Part shown: positions 1 through 11,200 of the stretch, in pieces
Layout: the number at the start of each line of letters is the position of its first letter
Position numbering within the stretch: position 1 is the stretch's first letter
From: Antedon mediterranea
Taxonomy: Eukaryota; Animalia; Echinodermata
Length of the DNA stretch: 64,000 nucleotides
Reading direction: 5' to 3'
Assembly (NCBI RefSeq): GCF_964355755.1
Contig: NC_092678.1
Coordinates: 2,248,422 to 2,312,421 of the forward strand
Position numbers and translations under genes: made by a program
Notes under the pieces: generated by a model
What the model was told of the DNA's origin: nothing
Seen by the model: the letters and a program-made list of their open reading frames with translations, nothing else
Database searches by the model: none

Positions 1-3000
1 ACATGTGATTATGTGACAACTGTATTAAATAATTTGCCCGATACATTACTGGGCATAATTACCGAATGTCATACAGTTTACTACAGAGAATCGGCTGATA
101 CGCTAAACATGAAACAGGCTGTTAATTTTACTCGGATTCAAATAACAAAACTAGTTAACTTCTATAATAAGACTATACTATAAATAGATCTTAGATAACA
201 TTAATAACATTCACTTGGGTATTGTTTCAAAGAACAAGATATTTTTAACGCTTTGAAGAGAAACTCAAGGTAAAACACAAACTTACTTTTTTTAATATTT
301 CCTGAAGAATTCGCGAGGCATTCTCTGGAAATAAAGTCTGACAATTATAGACACATCCTTGGAGTGACTGCAGGTGTAGCAGGAAATCGTGCATTTCTAC
401 AGAACTGTCAACATGATAAATCGGTTTATTATGTTGCTTTATTTGTTCTGCAGACTGTCTTTGATTTAAAATGTTATGTTGAAAGAAGGATTGACGCCCC
501 TAGATAAAGCGCACCTATTGTATTATGCTTTATTTGTTTAATGATAAAAAGTTATTGGTAGATAATATTGTTATAAACTGTAATACGGTAAGCATTTTAA
601 TGCTTCTAAGAGTGGTTGCAAGCTGAAATTTAGGTTCAACTTAAAAAATTTACACACATTTTTTACCAAATCCAGAATAGACTTTAAACACTATCTTTAT
701 ATTTTTCATGATTTTTTATTTGGCTAAATGACCAGAATTGTGCCTCAGTGTGAATGTATCTTTAAAACCATCTTCTATACCCAATATTAAATTGAGTGTT
801 GGCAAATGCAGTATGAACACAATCTAGTTTCAATTGGCTAAATTCAAAATTTGTAGTAATGTTTTTATTACTGTCAGGTGTGTTGTCAAAATCATTAATC
901 TTATCTACCTTTTGTATTGATTCATAATACATTATTTTATTATTGTTTCAAGTGTCGTCCCTTAAAGCCATACTGTTCAAGAACAACGAGTGCAAATTTC
1001 ATTTAATTAAAACACATTAGTATGTTCAAATCTAGATGGAGTGCAAGTTTCACGCCAATCTGGACGGAATTTTTAATTTGACTTCTGCGGTAATATGACA
1101 CTAATTAAACTACGGACTTCACTATGGCTATCTTAGACAATATTCATGATTTAATAGCATTAGATGGCATTCTTCCTCGCATTGATTTTGACTGCATTTT
1201 CTCGCTAGATTTCAGATCAATATTCATCATAATGGACACTCCGAGGTATTTCCCAGGGTAGTTCACTAGCTTTGCTATAACTGGCATTCTTCTTGAATTT
1301 TTTAAAGGTGCAGTGTCTGTTATTTTGATAGTTTGATAGCCCCAACTTTGGTTAATTGTTATTCGCTAACAATTTTTCTTTTCCATATGTCATCAAGAGC
1401 GATTCAAAAATTGTATCTCCTATGTTGACATAAATTAGAAATCTGAAATTATCAGATGTAATGTAATAATATGAAACATGTGGAACACAAAATGTAAGGA
1501 AAATTAGGAAGCCCAGCTGTGACCTACTGATGTGCAACTATACTCAAATTAGGTTCTGCACAAATGATAAATTGATATAATAAATATAGTGACAACATTT
1601 TTAACAAAATTGTATATCGCATTTTTGATGGGAGATTCGCAAAATGTTGACTTGTCTTCCGGCTAAACATCATGATTTTATAATTTTTTTAAATAATATT
1701 TTTAAAGATACGTTCTGCTATTAAAAAGAAACACTCATTATTGTGCATAATAAACAATAAAAATTACATTGAGCAACATTATTAATTAACTGCAAATTTG
1801 GCACACTCATCATTGTTTGACAGTCTGATCTATTTAATTTTTAGCTCCTTCCTAGCTAGGCCTACAGGCTAATGGATGACGCAGGCCTGCTAGGCTGTAC
1901 TGTATATCCTGCGACTAGGCCCCCAGGCCAACTCTACAGGCCTAGGAGGCTAGGCCTTCTCAGTAAGTTTAGCTAGCCTGGGCCTGGTGCTATTTATCGT
2001 CTCTGACAGCAGTCAGCAGTGTAGGCTAGGTCAGGTCTGGCTTGTTGGGCATGGCATTTATGCAAGCAATTTGTCAATACAGAAACGATAAGTAAATTAA
2101 TTAATAAGTTCGATTCATACCTGTGTACAACACTGAATGTCACTGTTGAATCCAAATTTGCACAATAATTAATTATAAATGATAACTGTCGTTCTTTTTC
2201 TAGCTTCCTTCCAGCTGATGTTTTTCTGGACTTCAACGTAAAATCAGAAAAACAGCCAGCATAATAAATAAAACAGCGCCTAATATAGCGCCCCCAACGG
2301 TAATGTTATCATTATTATATTAATAAAAGATCTTTGAACCAATTTTTATATAAAGAATTATTCTTTGCTTTAATTATTATATCATGCGTTATAATTTTAT
2401 TGAATTTTTAAAACATCGGATGGGTCGGAAAATATACTACATAAATGTACTTTGTTAAATATAAATTACTTGATCATAATATCATAATTATTACTGTATA
2501 TAATCAAACAAAATAATACTGGTACATTATAATTGTTAAAAAATGTAATAATTAAATTTAATCAGTAATCAATTGACATACAAACAATGTGCTTCTAGTT
2601 GACAAATTTTTCTTTAAATTACTGTTTTTAACAATTGCATAATTTTTTTACTTCAATCCAATTTGTGAATAACTATCATATAATAAAGTAGAACTATTCA
2701 TAAAATATAAAATAAACAACCACCACATACATGCATAATCAAAAATTGAAGCAAACTCACAATTTTGACAGGTAAATGAAATTATAAAATACTTTTTTGA
2801 CACACTATATATTACTATTTTTAGTGCTCCCTTGTTTGAAAAATCCCGGATCCGTCCCAGGCTATGTACAAGCACAAACAACTCGGCAAATTTGTAATCT
2901 GATACATAAATTAAGTTGTTATTAATTGTAATACTAATGTTAGTCGAAGTTTTAGATGGCAATTCAATTTCATATTAGTCAAAAGAAAAAACAATTTGGC

Positions 3001-3327
3001 ACACATGGTGTTTCATACCACTTAAGCTGGAATCAGCTAGTTTACAGTAGTAATCGAAACAGCGCTTATAAAAGAATAAAAAAAGCCTTATGTCAAGTCT
3101 ATACCAATGTATATGACAAAGTACAGTCTTTGTATGAAAATTACGGGGTGGGATTATACTGAGATAGCTTCAACAATGGATTATCATTTACCATACTCTA
3201 ACATCAGATTATAACTGGCCATATGCAGTAATTAAAAAAATGTAAATTATTGCAGCTGCTCTTACACTATAAAGACACTATAAGCACCTATACTCCGTAT
3301 CAAATTTATAATAACTAAACATTATTA

Positions 3328-3534
3328 CTGTATATCCTCTAGTATAATCCCACCCGCTAGAACACAACATTAGGCAAATTTGGGGGGTGGGACTATACCC
3401 GAGGAAACCCTGGTTCAGGAAAAAAAATGATTGGTAAGGATTTCCTGTATCAAACTCCAACATTCAGATCAAAAGACAATACCGGGACTATGCCTATTTG
3501 TGGGGTGGAATTATACTCATAAGAGGATTTACGG
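3328..3534. mobile_element. Degenerate short Tc2-like MITE
   Basis: Left end TA-CTGTATATCCTCTAGTATAATCCC, right end GGAATTATACTCATAAGAGGATTTACGG-TA; internal GGGTGGGA(C/T)TATAC motifs. Confidence 0.55.
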
Positions 3535-4202
3535 TATTATAATTACTATTTATTTATGGTAATAAATAACTGTTTGAATATCACACACATTTTTTTGTAA
3601 TGCCATGGCTTGGGATACGGTACCATATCAAAGCCTCAGACAGCTAAACGTATGCAAAGATTGTTTACTCTAAAAAAGTATTTCTCTAGAAAATGTCTAA
3701 TACTAGTCCTCAAGATGATTATGAGGAAAGCTGTTCGGCAATAGAGGACACAACTCCGTAACCACATCACTATGGCGCTGCACTGGTCGTTCAAATGAGT
3801 CAGTTTTTACTTGTGTTACTTGCTTTTAATATACTTTGTATATGGACACACAGTGAGACAGTGGTGACGTCTTGTAATTTACTGTAGCCAGAAGCTTTGA
3901 GACAATACCTCTAGACACAACATTTTTACATAAGTTAAATGAGGTACAGTGGCATTCAGTAATATTAATTTTTATTATTATTACTTAACTTTTACATAAG
4001 TTAAATGAGGTACAGTGGCAATGAGTAACAAACATTAATTATTATTATTACTTAATTATTGATTGACCCCTCATGTACCCCCAACTAAACTCTTATCATG
4101 CTCATATCATTTGTGTTACTCAACAGTGTACTGTATGTATTCATTCTTCAATCATACCTAACCTTCATGTAAGGTACAGTATTTAAAAAATAGCTAAATC
4201 CG

Positions 4203-7200
4203 TTACTCCACTTTCACATCTTTAGGGGCTGGCCGTAAAACATTTGTAACTTTCTCGATAAAACCTAAGAAAATGAGCGTACCACCAAAGACCATGCTAG
4301 TACCGATCCAATGATAGAACGTGAACGGGTTCTTAAAGTAGACTATGGAGAAAATCAAACTGACGAACTTGCGCAACGTGACAACAAGCGTAACAACGAG
4401 CGATGAACATTCTGTGGTAAGGATGAAGACAGATCGAATACAGACATACGTGAATACATTGAGTTAAGGACATAACAAATAATATATTAATATCAAATGT
4501 TTGGGAAAACTAGTTTATTTAGGATTTAGATTTTGTAAAAGCTTAGGATAAATGTGACAAGATATAGAGAGGCATGGATTTAAGGCAAGGATTTGGAAAT
4601 GGGTGAGAGGCATGAGTTTGAGACCTGCCTGTGCTGTTGCTTGCATCTTTAAGCAAGACAATTTGCTCATAAAGGGTAGGAATTGTCAATGTGCCGATCA
4701 TTGTGGCCTCTGTAGAAGGCCTAATCTAGGTGGCAAAGATATATAAGAAGGAAAAGTTATTCTAAGGTAGGTGTAAATCCCAACACAATACACCATTATT
4801 ACCTAGAAATATGTTACATTAATTCCTGAAAATGAACAAATAAGTTTGAAATGTTAAATCATGGTAGCTTTCCTCATTTTTTTTGGGTATTTGTTTTATG
4901 TTATCATAAATATCAAAGATATTTTTGTACCATCTGGAAGTGTATAAGCTAAATCTATTAACTACAAAACTGCAGAGTTTTGTGAAAAAAAAATGTTTTT
5001 AAAGGATATTGAGTAATACAGTTTCCAATCATGTAGAGCCAGAGTATAGGCACTTCTATGCCCAAATAAGAAATTTCAAAAGGTTCTGTAAGAAAACCAC
5101 AACATTGAGTGTGTTATAACATGTACAGTATATTATCCACAAACACCTAAATGGATAATAATACGTCTGTTTCGATATAGCTCTGCTGTTCCTCCGATAA
5201 GTTCCAAATATGATAAATGCAGAACAACCTAAACTGCAATATTTATCTAAATATGTTATAGACAGATGTAACTCAGTATATGATAAGGATAAGCCTAATC
5301 ATTCATAGAACGCAGTAAACTCAATCAGGTTCATCTAATTTTAAGCTCTGCCTGCACTATCAAACTTTATAAGACAAAAAAATGTGGTTTGCAAATATAT
5401 GGACATGATAATGTCATTTCACAACCATTTTTGGGCATCACTACCATATTTGGGCACATCACTCTTTTTTTGTCAAACTATTTTGATAGTGTAGACAGAG
5501 CTTTAGATGTCAATTGATTGGTGGGACTGTCATATCATTTAATGAATATATTTTAAAATCATTTACCTGATTGAGAGAACAGTGACACATGATGCACAAT
5601 GTCTTTGCCAATGAAGGCAAATGCTAGCAATGGTATAGCATGCTGAAAAGAGGATAAAACAATCCTTAGCTCAGTCCACACTATCAAACTTTATGCAACA
5701 AAAAAAATGTGATGTGCCTAAATATGGATGATGTTATCATATCACAACCGTATTTGGGCATATCACTACCATTTGGGCACATCACAACTAGTTTGATAGT
5801 GTAGACAGAGCTTTATGCAACCTTAGATTCCTTCCTCTGGCATACTTCTATTCAGGACACAATCACAAGAAAGGGGAAATATATGTTTTAAGACTATGAC
5901 TGACCCTATTCACAAGAACAAGACACTATGTTGGCTCCTAAAATGGTATTCTTAATTGGAGTTTTACTGTACAGTGTATTGTTTTTATGTTAATTAATAA
6001 CTATATTAAAGTTATAGAAGTGACGGAACCCAGAAATGTGGGTATGAAAACAATAATATTGATAATGTAAACTATTAAGAATGACTAAACATTCAGAATT
6101 GAATAAATTGTGTTTAAAGTTGATTAAATATAGGAGTTTGGGGTGGGGATAGTGGAAATCACTGGATTGTACCACCCTCAGAATAAGTCTATTGCACTTG
6201 CAAGATGAGTGTTAATAAATAACAATTCTTACAGAATAAAAAAGTGCTTCCCTAGGATGTTTTCCATACTGTTTATATAGCACTTCTTGGTATATACCCA
6301 TTCTTGCAGACATGAACAGAGCAAATGTCAGCATACCAATACCTACAAGAATAACAATACAGATAAAAAATACTGCTAATATGCATGTCATATATCATAT
6401 GCATTGTTACGCTAATTATCCCTGCATCGATTGTAGGGTGGATGGTAGGTTATTGTTATCAGTTTTTAGGACATGAACAATGTTACAAATGGCAATTATA
6501 ATAATTCACTGAAGATCGTATGATAATAATAACCTTAACTAGAATTAATAAATTACTATACAAAAATTATTAAATTGCATACTGATCATAAGAAATACCA
6601 CAATAAAGAGAATATCTTATTGTAAAAAAACAACATTTTCAGTAACTTTGCAGTTGACTCAAAAACAAAAATTTTTCTTGACCCATTCTTTTTAAACATT
6701 ATTTTGTATAATATTTGTATTCTATTTTTAAATGCAAGCAATGCAATTTTCTATTGAATTAATAAATGAATCTTAAATCTAGGTTCGGCCTATACCAACA
6801 AAATCAGCTATTTTACAGTGCTACAGGATTTTAAGATAATAATCTTATGTCAAGTTATTATTTGACAAGTATATCGTATAGTAAACATTTATATTTTTTT
6901 TATTAATTATTCTTTTTGCAGTCAGTTTGCAATTGACAAAATCATGAGGGGTTAAAATGAAATATGTCAATTTTTCTTGACCCATTCCTTTTAAACATTG
7001 AAACATAAATTTGTATCATATTTGTATTTTATTTTTAAATGTAAGATAATTTTCTATTGTCATATGATGAATTAATAACTGAATCTTGAATCTAGGTTCG
7101 GCCTATACCAAGTCTGAGTTTAAATATCCACAGCAGTATTACGCTTGCAGAAGAGATGGTACCCAGGGTTTATTGATGTTATCCATTTTTTACCTATTAG

Positions 7201-10200
7201 CCAAGTGACAAATTCTGCTGATTCAGTCCCATCCTCTTCCTCATAGTGTTTATGTTTGTCACTCTCACGACTCTAAAAAAAACAAAACAAAAACGTTGCC
7301 ATCCAACTTTTCTATTTCAGTAAATTACAAAGAAAGGTAATCAATCAGGTATAAGGGTCAAAGTTCAAAATTGATCAATTACAAGGATTTATAATTAACT
7401 ACTAAAGTTACTGTTTTATCTAGCGGTCTCTAAATAAAGGTGGTCTTTAATGAAACGGTTTTTAATTAACATTATAACAACCTCCACCTGCGTGAAATTC
7501 TACCTGACTAACAACATGCAGGTAGCAACATCTTGAACCATTAATAGATTAGTTATTATTACTCTAATAATATCAAATAGCACCAGTAAAAAGTAGTAAT
7601 CTTAAAACCAGGTTTTCATAGATATTTTTTTTTATTTTTTTTTTATTTTATTTCATCTTCACCCTACAGTGACCAAACGTCACCATTAACAGGGTTGAAA
7701 GTCGTAAAATATAACATATTATATACAAGCAAAAATCAATAGATAACAAGACAACATTTAAATATTACTGACATTAGACAAAACCTTGTGACGGAAACAA
7801 GCAAGGGAATCAAAAAAAATATCAACAGATCCATCAATTTTACATAGTGAGTGGTATAACTTAGGCAAACGATTAACAAAACCATTTTTAGTAATATTTA
7901 CCCTCCCTCTTGATATAGAAAATAAAGCAGGATTACGCAATTGATATTGTGGAACAGAAATAGGAAAGTACACTTCAAAATTACCATGGAAAATTGAGTT
8001 CACAGCCTTAAAAAGAAAAATTAAATCAAATAACTTACGCCTACCCGCTAAATTAATAAGAACGTCTTTGCTAATAGAACCAAATTTACGCACATAAAAT
8101 CGACAAAACTTGTTCTGAACACTTTGTAATCTAGAAGACTGTGCAAGAGAAATAGAGTTAAAAATAACACTGCAGAATTCAAGATTCGACCTAACTAAAG
8201 ATTTGTATAAAATAACTAATGCCTTTTTATCGTTAATATGTCTGCAATGTCTCCAAAGAAAACCCAAAAGTCTATTGCATTTAGAGACTATAAAATCAAT
8301 ATGTTTACAGAAGGTTAATGAACTATCTAAAAAAATACCAAGGTCTTTGTGAACAGAGACTCTTTCAAGTATAATATTCTTAATATAAAAGTCAAAATAG
8401 ATGGGTTTTTTCTTAAGAGTAAAAGACATTGATTTGCATTTAGAGGCATTGACTGACATATTCCAAGTGTCGCACCAGTGAATGAGTCTGTCAACGTCTT
8501 CTTGTAACAACAACATATCATTTAAGGTTTGTATAGACTTAAATAATTTAATATCGTCAGCAAACATAAGAACATTAGAATGACGAGGAACAAAAGAAAA
8601 ATCGTTGATAAACATAATGAAAAAAAGAGGCCCCAAAATAGACCCCTGAGGCACGCCAGATAATAAAATGGTATCGGATGAAAATCGTCGTCAAGAATAA
8701 ATCGAATGTAGACTGCATCAGTAAAATAATAGAACAAATATTGCACAAAGTTGTTCATAGAACGCTTTGTATATTCCATTTCAACTTGGCTCCATTTAAC
8801 ATTTGCATACTGACCTGGACATCTGACTACACAGACCCCTTCACACACCGGTAATGCTATTCTTTGAAATTCGCTCTGCCGGCCTAGGTTTATTGTGCTA
8901 AAATTCACGTATTTGAACAAAGATTGGTAAAAATTGTTGTTACAATTGCATCCATAACCATTCCAAAACACTTCGTGATCATCATTAAAGGGATATTGTG
9001 TTGGGGTAAACGAGAAAGTAAATGAAATAAACGAGACACAACAGAGCAAAAATACGGCGGTGTTCATTGTATCGAGATACCGTAGTCTGGCTATAATAAT
9101 AAAGTAAATTTTTAATAAAATTTAACTTACAACTGTGTTTGCAGACATAATGGTACACGTACATATACCGGCTGATATCATCAAAACAGCTAAGTACTTT
9201 GAAATAGTATATCTGAAAAAAAAAAACAGGAATATTCCTCTACAGTACCGTGTATATAATTTAACAAAGAAACTGAAAATTGATTAGTGAATTAATTACT
9301 TACCTTTTCTTCAATATTATTATTCCTAATATCATATTTGCTATTAATGAACCCTGTAAAAGACAATATAATTGTTAATGCAAGTGGAGTTGTAACTTGG
9401 TGGTTAACATGCTTGCCTTCCAATCCCAGGATTCAATTCTGACTTAGTGCCAGGGTTCAATCCTTTTTAATATTCTTGTTGGAATAACTTTTTTTCATAG
9501 ATAGATTTAGCATACAGTACTTACATTGCAGAATATCATATGTAGTAACTGCATAGATGTTAAAATTGGAATAACATTTTTTCATAGATAGGTTTAGTAT
9601 ACAGTACTTACATTGTAGAATATCATATGTAGTAACTGCATAGATGTTAAAATTTGAATAACTTTTTTTCATAGATAGGTTTAGTATACAGTACTTACAT
9701 TGTAGAATATCATATGTAGTAACTGCATAGATGTTAAAATTTGAATAACTTTTTTTCATACAGTAGATAGGTTTAGTATACTTACACTGCGGAATATCAT
9801 ATGTAACGGCATAGATATGTTAAAATTTATTGCATAGTTGTTAACTACACTCACAATAAAAAAGAACATTACCATGTACAGATAATTTCTGTTAGAACAT
9901 AAAAGAAAATGTGTAAATTAGTACAAGTTAACAGTATACATAAAAAAATATGAATACACATTCTTAAAATTAAAAATAAATATAAAAAAACAATCATTAA
10001 TTCAGATTTATCATTGTCCTAAATAACAAAATTCAATTAAATATTTTAAATCGATATACAGTATTCTTTATTTGTTATCATTTAATTCTTTTATTTTATT
10101 ACTTATATTATTCAGAAAATGTATTACTTAAAAGGTTGTACAAGCTTTTCTTCTATAAACTAAAAATATCTATTCTTGTGTTGTTTGAAATTTTCTGCGC

Positions 10201-10955
10201 AATTTGAACATTGAAATTGCAAATCCTTGCGCAATTTGAAATTGTTGACGTTTGCCATAGTTAACACATACTGTACAGTATATACTTACACTACAGGAAT
10301 AACAGGTTTCTTTGTACCAAACCTAGTGGTAAATATAAAACCTTCTACAGAAATGATAAAAAACTGAGCAAATGTTATTAAATTGCCACATCCCGGATAT
10401 TCACTGTAAAAACAAAAGCATATTTATAATTTATTAAAATCAGACATTTGAAAATCTTTGAAATAAAAGGGTTATGGTACCTGCAATGTACGATAGGCAA
10501 TGTTCAATGTAGGAGGATTGGCCTAGTATCAGTATCAATAGATCCATGAATGTTGTACCTGAAGTAGTAGCCCTCTAATCTATACTATCTATAGGCAGGC
10601 TTATGCCTAGTTGGCCGCCTCGCCTGGCTAGAGCTAGCTAGACAGACACCTGAACCTACTACTCGAGTCGTAGTCCTCTAGCTAGGCCTGGCCGGCCCTG
10701 GGCTAGCTACTAGTAGTACTAGCAGGTACTTAGAGGCTAGGGCTAGGCTAGCTAGGCCCTAGCCTAGAGCTCTAGGCCTAGGCTACTACTAGCTAGTTAG
10801 GCTAGCTAGGCCTAGGTTAGGTAGGCCGAGGGCGGACTTATTTTTAACCGGTGCTAATGTATAATAAACAATACTTACGTTACCAGAAGTTCTAAAAAGA
10901 TTACGTTAGAACAGCATCCTATAAAAACAAACAACACTCCAAGAATAGATTTCAT
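4203..10955 (-). CDS. SLC35B4: UDP-xylose/UDP-GlcNAc nucleotide-sugar transporter SLC35B4 ortholog, 10 coding exons, ~337 aa
   Basis: Hand-spliced exons: 10955-10879, 10403-10290, 9888-9786, 9353-9304, 9212-9131, 7272-7194, 6342-6233, 5642-5567, 5085-5010, 4449-4203. All phases are consistent (1014 nt). Translation MKSILGVLFVFIGCCSNVIFLELLV..GCGNLITFAQF..SMPLHMIFRSGSLIANMILGIIILKKRY..ARMGIYQEVLYKQYGKHPREALFY..YVCIRSVFILTTECSSLVVTLVVTLRKFVSLIFSIVYFKNPFT closely matches the SLC35B4 family as I recall it. Confidence 0.96.
4450..5009 (-). other. U12-type (minor spliceosome) AT-AC intron, last intron of SLC35B4
   Basis: Donor ATATCCTTT (5009-5001), branch point TCCTTAAC (4470-4463), terminal AC (4451-4450). 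Splicing gives CA|G = Gln in the conserved ITQYVCIR motif. Confidence 0.95.
5343..5503. mobile_element. MITE family A (~160 bp, Harbinger-like or TA-target; TIR AAGCTCTGTCTACACTATCAAAC)
   Basis: TIR pair AAGCTCTG.CT.CACTATCAAA / TTTGATAGTGTAGACAGAGCTT with internal CATATCACTACCATATTTGGG direct repeats; about 11 copies in the window. Confidence 0.85.
5668..5813. mobile_element. MITE family A copy
   Basis: Same TIRs and internal repeats as 5343-5503. Confidence 0.85.
6660..7110. repeat. Local duplication of ~140 bp (6668-6797 vs 6969-7110)
   Basis: Shared TTTTTCTTGACCCATTC..TTTTAAATG..AATCTAGGTTCGGCCTATACCAA. Confidence 0.8.
7623..8690 (-). mobile_element. 5'-truncated CR1-group LINE (RT C-terminal half, 3' UTR, A-rich tail) in SLC35B4 intron 5
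   Basis: Uninterrupted ORF 8654-7758 with SGVPQGSILGP, FADD, KDLGIFLD and LYKSLVRSNLEFCSV motifs. A 3' hairpin GTGACG..GTCAC and an (AAAAT)n-like tail lie at 7655-7623. Confidence 0.9.
8522..9067 (-). CDS. Hypothetical 181-aa ORF with signal-peptide-like N-terminus and hydrophobic C-terminus, fused to the LINE 5' end
   Basis: The ORF track gives MNTAVFLLCCVSFISFTFS..., several Cys and an NFS sequon. The C-terminal LFWGLFFSLCLSTIFLLFLVILMFLCLL is read in an alternative frame of the RT. No homolog recognised. Confidence 0.3.
   Translation of the reverse strand: MNTAVFLLCCVSFISFTFSFTPTQYPFNDDHEVFWNGYGCNCNNNFYQSLFKYVNFSTINLGRQSEFQRIALPVCEGVCVVRCPGQYANVKWSQVEMEYTKRSMNNFVQYLFYYFTDAVYIRFILDDDFHPIPFYYLACLRGLFWGLFFSLCLSTIFLLFLVILMFLCLLTILNYLSLYKP
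9481..9830. repeat. 87-bp minisatellite (3 copies plus progenitor) derived from SLC35B4 exon 3 end and donor site
   Basis: Units start at 9481, 9568, 9655 and 9742; the last unit runs into exon 3 (9786-9888). Confidence 0.9.
10570..10830. repeat. CTAG/AGGCCT-rich low-complexity tract (also 1843-2040 and 11230-11480)
   Basis: Non-periodic concatenation of TAGCTA, TAGGCTA, TAGGCCTA and TACTA words. Confidence 0.85.
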
Positions 10956-10959
10956 TATT

Positions 10960-11200
10960 TACAACCGGTTTCTCCGAATTTTATTTTGTATTAATTGTAT
11001 GTTTTTTTTATGGGCCGGGTGTCACTTATCAAGATCAACCATGCGTGACGTGTCACGTCATTTCTCGCCGCCCGACGCGTGTGGCGTTTATGTAAATTAG
11101 CATTTCTATTGGCACGGTGACCGTGCTTATAATTTGAAGAAGAAAAAAAACAAAACAATACACGGTGACCGCATTTTACCTCAAAAGTACAGTATTCACT
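10960..11200. promoter_or_regulatory. Putative bidirectional promoter of SLC35B4 and ZNF277
   Basis: CpG-rich segment between divergent genes. Contains TGACGTG-T-CACGTCA (11046-11060), ATGTAAAT (11090-11097), ATTGG (11108-11112) and CACGGTGACCG twice (11113, 11161). Confidence 0.7.

Noticed and set aside
1-183. 60 open codons on + from the window edge (TCDYVTTVLNNLPDTLLG...)
   Set aside because: No recognisable homology and the start lies outside the window, so it cannot be supported as a CDS.
1020-1300. Minus-strand KYLGV-containing frame suggesting an old LINE RT fragment
   Set aside because: Only one short motif, interrupted by stops; insufficient without a profile search.
9457-9759. Repetitive ORFs here and at 44524-44796, 45775-46065 and 58925-59773
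   Set aside because: By-products of tandem repeats, with no splice or homology support.
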